In this document: in pieces, positions 39,101 through 51,900 of the stretch
Layout: each line of letters opens with the position of its first letter
Position numbering within the stretch: the stretch's first letter is position 1
NCBI RefSeq assembly: GCF_001194135.2
Contig: NC_068996.1
Location: 50,257,825 to 50,321,824, forward strand
Length of the DNA stretch: 64,000 bases
Reading direction: 5' to 3'
Source of the DNA: Octopus bimaculoides
Taxonomy: Eukaryota
Notes under the pieces: model-generated
What the model saw: the letters and a program-made list of their open reading frames with translations, nothing else
Told to the model about the DNA's origin: nothing
Database searches by the model: none
Position numbers and translations under genes: made by a program

Positions 39101-42100
39101 CAAATTAGAGGATGCACAATTCTGTTGTGTCTCATTAATTTCCCTCTTTTCAACTTTTCCCTGAAGAAGGACATTATACAAAATGTTTGGATTTTCCACT
39201 CTTCATGGCAAGTTCCTAGCAACTCATTTTATTAATTTTACTATGTAATAGAAGTTTTGATGATACAGACCAACACCAGCCTGTTTGGAGTCTGTTTTAT
39301 CAAGTGTGAGCGTGTGTGTATGTGTGTCTGTGAATGTGGGTGTGTGTGGGTGTGTGTGTGGGTGCATGTGTGTGTGTCTGTAAGTATCATCATCATCGTT
39401 TAATGTCCGCTTTCCATGCTAGCATGGAAAGCAGACGTTAAATGATGATGATGATACTTACAGACACACACACACACTCTCAGACATACACACTCTCACA
39501 GACACACACACATGTGCATGTGTATGTGTGTGTGTCTGTCTGTGAATATGTATATGCATGTGTGTGTGTTTGTGCATGTATGCTTGTCAGCATGTGTGTG
39601 CGCATGTCTCTGTGAGTATGTGTGTCTGTGAGTATGTGCATGTGTGTACGAGCATGTGTGTGTGTGTGTGTGTATGTTTTTTTGCTGTCCACCCACCATT
39701 ACTTGACAAATGGCATTGGTTTGTTTACATCCTTGTAACTTAGCAGTTTAGTAAAATGGACCAATAAACTAAGTAGCTAACTTAAAAAATAAGTGTTGGG
39801 GTTGATTTGTTTGAGTAGAAACCCTTCAAAGTGTTGCCCCAGCATGGCCACAGTGCAATGACTGAAACGAATAAAAGATAGAAGATAACAGACAAAACTA
39901 ATTAAATATTTCCAATTACCTTTTTCTGCTAGCATCAAATTTGTCTGAAGTTCAGAATTCTTTAAATTGAGATCTTGGATCTGTTGAGATTGACTTGTGG
40001 TTTTTAGAAATAATTCTTTGTTTTTATTCATCTGCAAAGAAAGAAAACAATAATCACATCGGTTCTTAAAGATGCATTAATATTGGTTCACGCAAAATTG
40101 CTGCCCTTGTGCAGCAATTTTGCAGGAGGGATTTAGTGGAGCACTAAGAGCACCGTCTGAGCGCGATCGTTGCCAGAGCAGCTGCCTGGCTTCTGTGCCG
40201 GTGGCACGTAAACAGCTCCAGCATGATCGTTACCAACGTCGCCTTCCTGGCACTTGTGCCAGTGGCACGTGAAAAGACATTCGAGCGAGATCGTTGCCAG
40301 TGCCGATGGACTGGCTCCCGTGCAGGTGGCATGTAAAAAACACCGTTTTGAGCATGGCCGTTGCCAGTACCAGGTGACTGGCCCTCGTGCTGGTGGCACG
40401 TAAAAGCACCCACTACACTCTCAGAGTGGTTGGCGTTAGGAAGGGCATCCAGCTGTAGAAACATTGCCAGACCAGACTGGAGCCTGGAGTAGCCTTCTGG
40501 CTTGCCAGTCCTCAGTCAAATCGTCCAATCCATGCTAGCATGAAAAGCGAACGTTAAACGATGAGGATTGACCCAAGTGTTCAACTGGTACTTATTTTAT
40601 TGACCCCAAAAAGATGAAAGGCAAACGTGATCTCAGTGGAATTTGAACTCAGAATGTAAAGATGGATGAAATGCTGCTAAGCATTCTGCAAGTTCATTGC
40701 CTTAAAAGGTTCATTAATATTAGTTTCTAAAATGGGCAAAAGACCTAATTATTTTTTATTTTTTGTGAGAGGATGGGCATAGTGAGTTCAGAAATCTAAA
40801 ATAAAAGGGTAAAGAGTAAAGACACCCCCCCTTCGGTCATGAACGACCATAGGATTGCACTAAAGAGTTCCCCTCTGAGGCACAAGTCTGGGCAAGGTTG
40901 TTTATGGAAGACCAGCAGTCGCCAATGCATACCAGCCTCCCCTCTCCATGCCACTGATGTTATCCAAGGGAAAGGCAACTCATTTCTACAGCTGAGTGAA
41001 CTGGAGCAATGTGAAATAAAGTGTCTTGCTCAAGAACACAACATGCAGCCTAGTCTGGGAATCGAACTCACTACCTTATGAGCATGAGCCTGATACTCTA
41101 ACCATTGAGCCATGTGCCTTCATTGGAATATAAAGTACCAGTAATGTAACAGGGCCGATATAATTATTAAGCCCCTTCCTCCAAAATTGCTGGCCTTGTG
41201 CCTATATTAGAGAGTTCAATGGATTGTGAAACTACTTAGAAGTAAATGGGTGGAACCACTCATCATGATTGTGAGTAGGGGGTGGGGACCCAGTCTGCTG
41301 CTTCCTGCTTCTTGATGTTAAGAAGATCAACCAGTTGTAGAAACCATCCCCAAGCTGACTTTGGAGCTTAGTGCAGCCCTTCAACCACTAGCATAGCTAG
41401 AGGGGGTGGGAAGAAGGGGTGGTCCACCCCCACCCACCGGACAGCATTTTTGGTCTGCTGTAGGCAATATGTAATTTTTGTGGAGGCTGGGGGTGGCAAA
41501 CTGAAAGGCTTCCCTGGGCAGCACACACTCTAGCTATGCTAATGCCTGCAGCTCTGTGGATCTTGTCAAACCATCTGAACCATGCCAGCAAGGAAAATGG
41601 ATGCTAAATGATGATGATGTTGATGATGATGACGACATACAAGATGGATGGATAGAGTTGTTAGAATGTCAGAAAAACTGCCTTGTAGCATATGTTCCAG
41701 CTCTGTACATTCTGAGTTCAATTTCTGCCAAGAAAAATTGTGCCTTTCATCCATCACCATTGTGCCACAAGAATATGTGGAGTTCTTTACTAATCTAAAC
41801 AATATTGTTAGCCTGGTGTATTAAAGGAGAGCTTATAAAGTATTTTGCATGGCTTGATAATCCCTCACTAGGACTGATAGAAGGAGAGAGAATGAGAGAG
41901 AGAGAGAGAGAGAGAGAGAGTTAACATAAAAAGTATAGAATGAGTATAGAATAGGCTCAAAAGAAACGAAGCTAACATGATCCGCTGGATGTGTAATGTC
42001 AGTGTGCACACATGACAGAGTAAGCGCCCTGGGAGAAATGTGGGACATAAGAAGCACCGGATGTGGCGTGCAAGAGAGACGTTTGCACTGGTATGGAGAG

Positions 42101-42945
42101 CTTATAAAGTAGCAAGCAATGAGTTAATGAATGCTGTGTGTGTGCACATGCACACACATACACACACACATGTATGTATGTACATATATTTATACACATA
42201 CCTCCTCCTGAAGCCTGCTGTCTAGCTTTTCTTTGAATTCTTCATATACAACTTTTTCTTGTTTCACATCGAATCGACATCTTTCTGAGTTCTGTTTTGC
42301 AATCATTATTTCTTGATTCAGTTTGTAAATATCTTTAGCCATTTCTTCTTGACCTGTGGAGACAACAAAAAAAAAGTTAAAGTTAATATCTCTATTTAAT
42401 AAAAGCCAATATAAATATCATTTGGCTGGTTGATTTCTCCAGTCAAGTTTCTACACTGTATAGAGAGAAGAGAAAGAGAAAGAATGAGAGAGAGAGCAAA
42501 AGAGAAAGAGAGAGAGAGAGAATTAACATAAGAAGTATAGAATGAGTGTGCATACTAGTCTTGGTAGCAGGCAATGAGTTAAGAAATGCTGTGTGTGCAC
42601 GCATGCACGTACACACACACACACAAACTGAGAAAGAGAATCCCAAAGACAGAGGAGGTGAAGCAATCATCACCACCATTTAACGTCTGCTGTCCATGCT
42701 GGCAAGCGAGAGAGCTGCACCAGTCTGATTTGACATCGTTTCTACAGTTGGATGCCCTTCCTAAAACATCAACTACTTTACAGAGTATGCTGGGTGCTTT
42801 CACATGGCACCAGCACAGTACTGTTGCAGAGGAAGTGGCCTTAACACTTCTGCTGAGGAGTATGAGTCTTCTTGAGCACAACAAGGCGCCAGCATCTCAG
42901 TCCTTTGTCATCTCACCTGAAAAGTTAAGTGTTTTGGAAACACAT

Positions 42946-42980
<35 letters not shown>

Positions 42981-43323
42981 CACACACACATATATATAGT
43001 AATTTTAGTGTACAGTATTATATCCATTACAGCCGATCTTACCAATTGGTTTCACACTAGCAATTCAATGGTGTGTTAGGTAACAGTCTGATTATGTAAT
43101 CCTGCACTCATCAGAGGTAGCCATTATATATATATATTTCCCCCACCACCTCCTCTTCCGGTCTTTTCATAATGTAACCTCGTGGGCATCGGTACCATTT
43201 TCCTCTTTCTCCGTTCTTCCATTCTCCGAACTTTCCATCTTTCCTTTCCTGAGCGTCCAATAATACTATCCATATCACGTCCTCACTTTGTTGTTTTTTT
43301 GTTTTTTGTTATTGCTTTTTTTT

Positions 43324-43366
<43 letters not shown>

Positions 43367-45554
43367 NNNNNNNNNNNNNNNNNNNNNNNNNNNNNNNNNN
43401 NNNNNNNNNNNNNNNNNNNNNNNNNNNNNNNNNNNNNNNNNNNNNNNNNNNNNNNNNNNNNNNNNNNNNNNNNNNNNNNNNNNNNNNNNNNNNNNNNNNN
43501 NNNNNNNNNNNNNNNNNNNNNNNNNNNNNNNNNNNNNNNNNNNNNNNNNNNNNNNNACCTGTGCCCAGCGTCGCCTTTCTGGCACTTGTGCCCGCAGCAT
43601 GTGTAAGGACTTTCGAGCGAGATCATTGCCAGTACCGCTGGACTGGCTCTTGTGCGGGTGGCACATAAAATACACCATTTTGAGCGTGGCCGTTGCCAGT
43701 ATCGCCTGAATGGCCTTCGTGCAGGTGACACGTAAAAGCACCTACACTCTCGGAGTGGTTGGCGTTAGGAAGGGCATCCAGCTGTAGAAACTCTGCCAAA
43801 TCAGATTGGAGCCTGGTTTAGCCTTCGGGCTCCACCAGTCCTCAGTCAAATCGTCCAACCCATGCTAGCATGGAAAGCAGACATTAAACGATGATATATA
43901 TATATATATATGTGAATGGATTTATTCCTATTTTTACAACATGGCACCTACTGTTCCAGCAAAGTGAATATTCATTAGATGATAATCAATGTTGTTGCAT
44001 TATGTTGACCCTGAAAAGATGGCAGCCCAAGGTGGTCTTGGTGTGATCAGAAATCAGAATGTAAAGGACCATAACTGAAACCTACAAAAACATTTTGTCC
44101 TACATCCTGCTCATTCTATACCCTACCAATTTAAAAAGTTAATAACTATTTCTAAGATAAGGGCAGTGAGTGGGTAGAATTGTAAGCACGGTGGGGGAAA
44201 TGCCTAGCAGCATTTCGTCTGTCTCTATGTTCTGAGTTCAAGCTCTGTCAAAGTCAACTTTGCCTTTCATCCTTGGGGAATCAATAAAATAAAAGCACCA
44301 GTTGAGCATTGAGGTGCATGCAATGGACTTACCCCCTCCCCCCTCTCCCTCTGAAATTGCAGGCTTTGTGCCACGATTTGAAACCAATAATTATTTCTAA
44401 GACAGGTATCACAAGTCAGGGGAGATGGTTGGTTGATTGAATGCTTTCAAGTACTTGACTGGTTCTTTACTTCATCGATCCCAGAAAGATGGAAAGCAAC
44501 ATCATCATCATCATCATTTAATGTCGTCCTTCCATGCTGGCACAGGTTGGACAGTCTAACAGGAGCTGGCCAGTCGGGAGCCTGCATCAGACTTCTCTGT
44601 CTGTTTTGATATGGTTTTTATGTCTGGATGCCCTTCCAAATGCCAACCACTCCGTAGGGCGGGCTGAGTGCTATTTACGTGGCACTTGCACAGGCGAGGT
44701 CAGTTTGGGCATGATTTTTACAGCTGGATGTCCTTCCAAATGCCAACCACTTTATAGTGTAGACTGGATGCTTTTTACATGGCATCTGCACTGGCAGGGT
44801 CAACAAGTGACTTTACAAGACAAGTAGAATTTTAATTCAGGGCTTAAAAAAACTGTAACTAATTATCAAAAAGTATTTCTACCTGATTTAATTTATTTTT
44901 AATTTATTCCAAATTTACTTACGTGCTAGTAGTTCCTCTTTTTTCCGGATAGTTTCAGCATGGAGGCTGTTGAAATAGAGAGACACGTAATCATATACAG
45001 CTGCTGATCTGCTAACTGGTCATTTATTTATTTTCTTTTACTTGTTGCAGTCATTTGAGTGTGGCCATACTGGGGCACTACCTTGAAAATCAACTCCCGG
45101 ACTTAGTTTTTAAGCCTAGTACTTATTCTATCATTGTCTTTGCTGAACCGCTAAGTTACAGGGATATAAAAACACCATAACGAATACAGACATAAATATA
45201 TACACACATACATATATATATATATAGTATGGGCTTCTTTCAGTTTCCATCTACCAAATCCACTTACAAGGTTTTAGTTGGCCTGAGGCTATAATAGGAG
45301 ACACTTGCCCAAGGTGTTACACAGTAGGTCTGAACCCAGGACCATGTGGTTGGAAAGCAAGCTTCTTACCACGCAGCCACATATTTATTTATTTATGTGC
45401 AGATATGGCTATGTGGTGGAGAAGCTTGGTTCCCAACCATGTAGTCAAGGGTTCAGTCCCACTTTATTGCACCTTGGGCAAGTATCTTCTACTATAGCCT
45501 AGATCTGACCAAAGCTTTGTGAGTGGATTTGGCAGGCGGAAATTGAAAGAAACC

Positions 45555-45594
<40 letters not shown>

Positions 45595-45816
45595 TCATCA
45601 TCATTTAATGCCGGTTTTCTGTGCTGGCATGGGTTGTACTATAAAGTGTGGCTGTGTGGTAAGAAGCTTGCTTACCAACCACATGGTTCCGGGTTCAGTC
45701 CCATTGCATGGCATCTCAGGTAAGTGTCTTCCACTATAGCCTCGGGCTGACCAAAGCCTTGAGAGTGGATTTTGTAGAGGGAAACTGAAAGAAGCCCGTT
45801 GTATGTATATATGTAT

Positions 45817-45906
<90 letters not shown>

Positions 45907-48900
45907 TTCTGTATCTGTCCCCCCCTCCCACCATTGACAACTGATGTTGGTGTGTTTATGTCCCCGTAAATTAGTGGTTCGGCAAAAGTGACCAATAGAA
46001 TAAGTACTACGCTTACACATGGTGATTTAAACAACATGATTATATTGGGAATAATCAGTAAGCCTTCATTAATAAATGCCACAACAACATTACTATGGCT
46101 TCTGCAAAATGAAATATCATTGTCACTTCCAACACAGATCTGTTTTTTTTTTCAATTTCTCAAACTGATATATGGTTAGAATCACTTCCTTTACTACGTA
46201 TGAAACCTTAGAATCCTTGTGAAAGAGGAAGTGGATTCTGCAGAAGTCATTCTTATAAAATACATGAGATTCTGTATGAAGTCACATTACAATTGTTGAA
46301 AACTATAATGGAAAATTATCTGAAAAATAAAATAAATAACACAAAAGTCCTGGGATTGATTTGTTCGACTAAAGGCAGTGCTCCAGCATGGCTGCAGTCA
46401 AATGACTGAAACAAATAAAATAATAAAAGAATATATTTGATTAATTAGAGAGGGACAGAAAATAGATTTGAGAATGTTTATTTATCACTACAATTGTTTT
46501 GACCAATCTAGCATTGATCCCTCACAGGTAGGATACTTAACAACTGGTTTAGGTGTATCTGTCAATGTAGATGTGTCTCTTCAGGTGATTGCAAGATGTA
46601 TCTCATTAAAATAATGTCTGTTCCACAAGTTTTCTTCACAGTAAGTGTATACAAAAGCAATAAATTAAGGGACAGAGCTTCATTATTATAGAAGATTAAT
46701 AATAAATATCAGAAGCAAAAAGAAACAAATACACAATACAGCGAAAAATGTATTAATTGTAACCGTTAGCAGATATGGATGTATAAATGCCCTCGCTTAG
46801 GTTGTATGGCACACGTACACTTGCTCATACAAACTTACAAGAAGATACAAGCATACGCATATGATTAGAAAAAGTCAAAGGCTATGAACCAGCCTCTCCA
46901 TCACCAAGGTACTTTTTCACTAGAGCTCATACATATTTTCTTTATTAATATATCAGAGAAGCAGGAGGCTACTTACAGTTTCTCAGTTTCAAGTTCATTT
47001 TTCAGGACAGCATTTTGTTCTTTGATTGTACTGTAATCAATCATCTGAGGAAGAATAATGATTATTCATTATAGATCATTCATTATCGATTATTCATTAC
47101 AGATTATTCCTTGCAGGAAGATGAGCAAAGAATGATAATGTAAAAATAATAATTTTCAAGGGTATTATTACGAAGATTGGTGTATAGAAGGATCTAAGCA
47201 GTATTATAGGACCAATAGCAATACATTGGAGGTCCCTGTGTAACACAACCATTGCACACATAGGCATTTGGTCTGATGTTCTAACAGTTTTGCCAATCTA
47301 TAGCTCTGGACTGACAATGTATTTTATTGAATGTGAAAGGATGAAAAACTAAGCTGACCTAGGTGGGATTTGAACTCAGAGCACAGAGATATGAAACAAG
47401 CACCATACATAGCAATGCATTTTGCCTGATGCTGTAATAACTTCAATTTGGATTTGTGAATGTCAGTAGTTGATGGGAAAAATATTGGCAAAGAAGGAGT
47501 TACAGAGATCTACAGTTCTAGTAAGAAATTATTGAGTGTAATTAGTACCAAGTGAAACCAAACAATGCAAATTAGGTTTTTGTAATTTAGTCTCTGATCA
47601 TTTATATATTTTTTTTAGATTTGTTCTTGTGTTTATTTTATTTTTCAGATAATTTTCCATTATAGTTTTCAACAATTGTAATGTGACTTCATACAGAATC
47701 TCATATATTTTATAAGAATGACTTCTGCAGAATCCACTTCCTCTTTCACAAGAATTCTAAGGTTTCATACGTAGTAAAGAAAGTGATTCTAACCATATAT
47801 TAGTTTGAGAAATTGAAAAAAAACCAGATCTGTGTTGGAAGTGACAATGATATTTCATTTTCCAGAAGCCATAGTAATGTTGTTCTGGCATTTATTAATG
47901 AAGGCTTACTGATTATTCCCAATATAATCAAGTTGTTTAAATCACCATGTGTATGTCTGAGAGATTCTGCAAACTACATGCCCAACAATCTCTTTGTACA
48001 TAATTACAATTATCTCAGTTGTCCATTATTGTAAATTATCGTTATTAACTTCTTCAATCTTGTAGCTAATATGTTACTGATATTTCAATGAACACATACA
48101 TTAATAACCTCTTATTTTGACTGATAATCTGTGTATTTTGTTAAAATTTATGAAACAATATTAGGCTTCCACATCTGCAAAATCATTCTATGATGAATAG
48201 ATAACTTTATTTATTCCTTGGGACTATAATTAAGTCAATGACAATTACAATTAACGATGAAGAGAACAATGACAACAATGATACTGGTAACAATAGACAA
48301 TCACAATGCCTTCAGTGTGTGTGTGTGTGTGTGTGTATACAGGTGTTTAAGCAACCACATTTTCATGTGCACTTTTTAAGCTTTGAAACAAAGCATTCCC
48401 AATAATAATCATTGTCATGACACAGAAGTCAAAGTATAAAATTAAAATCAGTTAAAAATGTGTTGGTTATGGCAATAGATAGTTGTCAGGATGCTATAAA
48501 ATTTTTGAATAATAAGAAAAACGATGGGAAAGACTAAAGATCAACATGGTGGGAGAAAAACAATTTTAGTTCCAATGACAATGATAATAATGCCCAAGAG
48601 CCTGAATCAGCCAATATATGACAATGTTGATTGTTATTCTAATCTTCATTACTGGTAAGAAATTTAAGTTTAAATTTATATTTATATTTGTATTAAATCT
48701 AAAAGAGAAAACCAGATTTTTTTTGATAAAGAAATAACTAAGAACACTTTTAAGATAATAAGGAAATAATAACACAAGAGAATTTATAAACTAAAATAGA
48801 ATTCAGTGACATACATCACGAAGTTTTGCATTCAAGAAATCATTATGTTTGGTTGCTGTTATTTCTTTGTGTCGAGCCTCTTGAATTGCAGTCTAAATTA

Positions 48901-51900
48901 GAGAAAAAAATATGGAAAATAAAAGAAAGTGATCCTGAATTGTACAATATGTCATCATAAAGTAAAATAGTGTGTTGGAAAAGACAGGTGTTTCAGTATA
49001 AATTTATATATTTTAATTACCTGAATGTTTAATTTAGGAAAATATTAGTTAATTAACAGTTTTGATAAAGCAATCATAAAAAAATAAAAAAGGAAAACAG
49101 TGTGGTATTTTAGAGTTCCATATATAATGGAAATGGCACAAAATGGCTAAATGGTTACGAAGTTTATTTCCCAGTCGTGAACGCTTGAATTTGATTCTAC
49201 TGTATGGCTTCCTTGGGCAAGAATCTTTCAAAAATGTCTTGAGTCAACCCAAAACCTGTGAGTGAAATTAGATAGATGGAAATTGTGTGGAAGCCTTGTC
49301 ACAATGTCATGCTGATTCCACCAAGGATAATGATAGTTCTGAGGAATATTCAGCCACTTACGTGTTAATTCAATGAACAGGTAATTCAGTTGATTAAACA
49401 ACTGAAATAATCATCATCAAAATGGATGAGGATCCTTCTATTATAAAGGAGAAATATCAATTTTTTTTTTGTTTGGTTGCCCTTTTTAGTTTCAACATTT
49501 GTTCCAATTGATTTCATATTTGGTGTATTGGTGTAGTTTTGTGTGATAATTATTGACATGAAGACCATAACCCACACCACTCGATATTTTAAGCATCTCA
49601 GTGGTGATTCCTGATGGGCCAGGTACTTTCCCTGTTTTCATATCCTTAATTGTTTTATCTACCAAGGTACTGTCGATTCGGGTAGCTGGTCCCTCAATTG
49701 GGTCAACCTTTGGCAGACTCTCCTCCTCCCACTCATTCTCCACATTCAGCAGTCTTTCATAATGGCATCTCCAAGCCTCTTTCTTTGCAGAATCATTAAA
49801 CGCAAGGACACCATCATCCATGTGGACACATTTCTCCTCTCTGACATCATGGTTTTCTCCCACACTGTCTTGCAATCCGAAATACTTCAGCTCTCTGGTC
49901 TTCACGACACTGAACATTGGCAAACTTCTTCTTTTCTACTACTCCCTTGGCTATCTATACCTGTCTCCTAGCTTCCCATTTGCCTATCTGATACATTCAC
50001 CTGCTACCCTCACTCTTCCAGGCCTTCCAAACCTGTTTCTTTGCTCTAATGGCCCTGTCAACAGTATTGTTCCACCACCATATTACCCTAGGACTGGAAG
50101 GGACTTTGCACCAGCCACAGATTTGGTCTGTGGCACTCAGCAAGTTGTCTCGCAGGAATTCCCAGCTGCCTTCTATGTCACAGGACTGTAGCTCCTCCTC
50201 CCTATCATCAAATTTCTCGGTAAGGATATCCCTAAATCTCTGACCATGTGAAGGGTTCCTAAGCTTCCAAGTCCTTCTTTTCCAGATTGGTCTGGTTTTT
50301 GGCAACCTTCTGGCCTCGAGTCTAAAGTCATTAATTACAAGTCTATGGTGGGGGCGGGGTATATTCTTCACCAGGGAGGGTCTTTGTATTTAAGAGCAAC
50401 CATGCATCCCACTGTCTGGTGAGAATGAAATCAATCTGACTAGCTGAGTCACCTGATTGATAGGTCATCAGGTGGCTGGCTGGCTTCCTGAAGTTGGTGT
50501 TGCAGATCAATAGGTTACTTGCATTGCAGAACTCCAGGAGTCTAGTTTCCTCTTCATTTCTGGTACCATATCCATGGCCCTCCATGTATACCATGGAAGA
50601 TACCAGGTTGTCTGACATGCCCATTAAAATCTCCAGCCACAAAGATGAGATCATTGTCACTTATCTTTGAGGTAGCCTGTATAAGAATATCATAAAAGTG
50701 ATCCTTCTGTTCATTTGGTAGGCCTGCTTGTGGGGCGTAAGCAGAGATAATTGTAGCTATACCATTCTACAAGACTAGTCTGAGGTTAAGTACTCTATCG
50801 CACACCCTCACTACCTCTATGACCTTATCCACCCATTTCTCTGCAAGAAGTGTGCTCACACCCCCTATTTCATCACTATTATCTTCCCAGAATATATCCC
50901 CCAAAAATTAGACCCATTAGAGTCTGAGTTGTCCATGGGGCTAACCACTTTATGGATGTGAAACCATTGGTGACTCTATGACCAGGCATATACTTAACTG
51001 AATATATGTATATATGTATACATACATACACATATATGTAGATAAATATACACACACATACACATGACAGACTACTGCCAGTTTTAGTCTACCTAATCCA
51101 CTCACAAAGCTTTGGTTGACCTGGGTCCAAAGTAGGAGATGTATATCCAAGGTGTATTGCAGTGGGACTGAACTCAAAACTAAGTGGTTAGGAAGTAAAC
51201 TTCAAACCCATACAGCCATGCCTGAATATTAACAGTGATCCATAACCTTAATTTTAACACAGAAGCAAGAAGGTAGAGGAAAAGCCTAAATTAATTAAAA
51301 ATATGTCCACTTTTTTGTTTCATTTTTATGACATACCTCCAACTCATTAATCCTGTTGTGTTTTCTGTCATTATCTTCCTTCATTAATTGAAACTTTTCT
51401 TTTTCTTCTTTGTTCCTTAATTCATGCACTATCAACAAAAGCAGAGAGAGAGAGAGAGAGAGGTGATGTGAAACCAGAAATAACAGTTAAGTCAAATCAT
51501 ATCTTACTGCTTTAACCTTTTAACATTCACATTATTCTGTCAAAGGTAATGCTTATTTATTCACATTGTTTTGAACACTAAACTCGGCTTGCGAAGACCT
51601 GTTGGGGCAAGCAAAAGCGAAATCGTGATGGCACCTGTACCAGTAACTCACTAAGAGCACTGTCCGAGCGTTATCGTTGCCAGAGCACCAGCTGTCTGGC
51701 TCTCATGCCAGTGGCACATAAATAGCACCATTTGAGCGTGACCGTTACCAATGTCACCTTCCTGGCATGTGAAAAGACATTCGAGCGAGTTCGTTGCCAG
51801 TACCGCTGGACTGGCTCCTGTGTCGGTGGCACTTAAAATACACCATTTCAAGCGTGGCCGTTGCCAGTACCCCCTGACTGGCCTTCGTGCCGGTGGCACG

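Noticed and set aside
10844-39117. Two palindromes both appear to have 33-nt spacers bounded by AATT
   Set aside because: The inner boundary of the 39085 spacer is ambiguous and the third palindrome has a 13-nt loop; likely coincidence.
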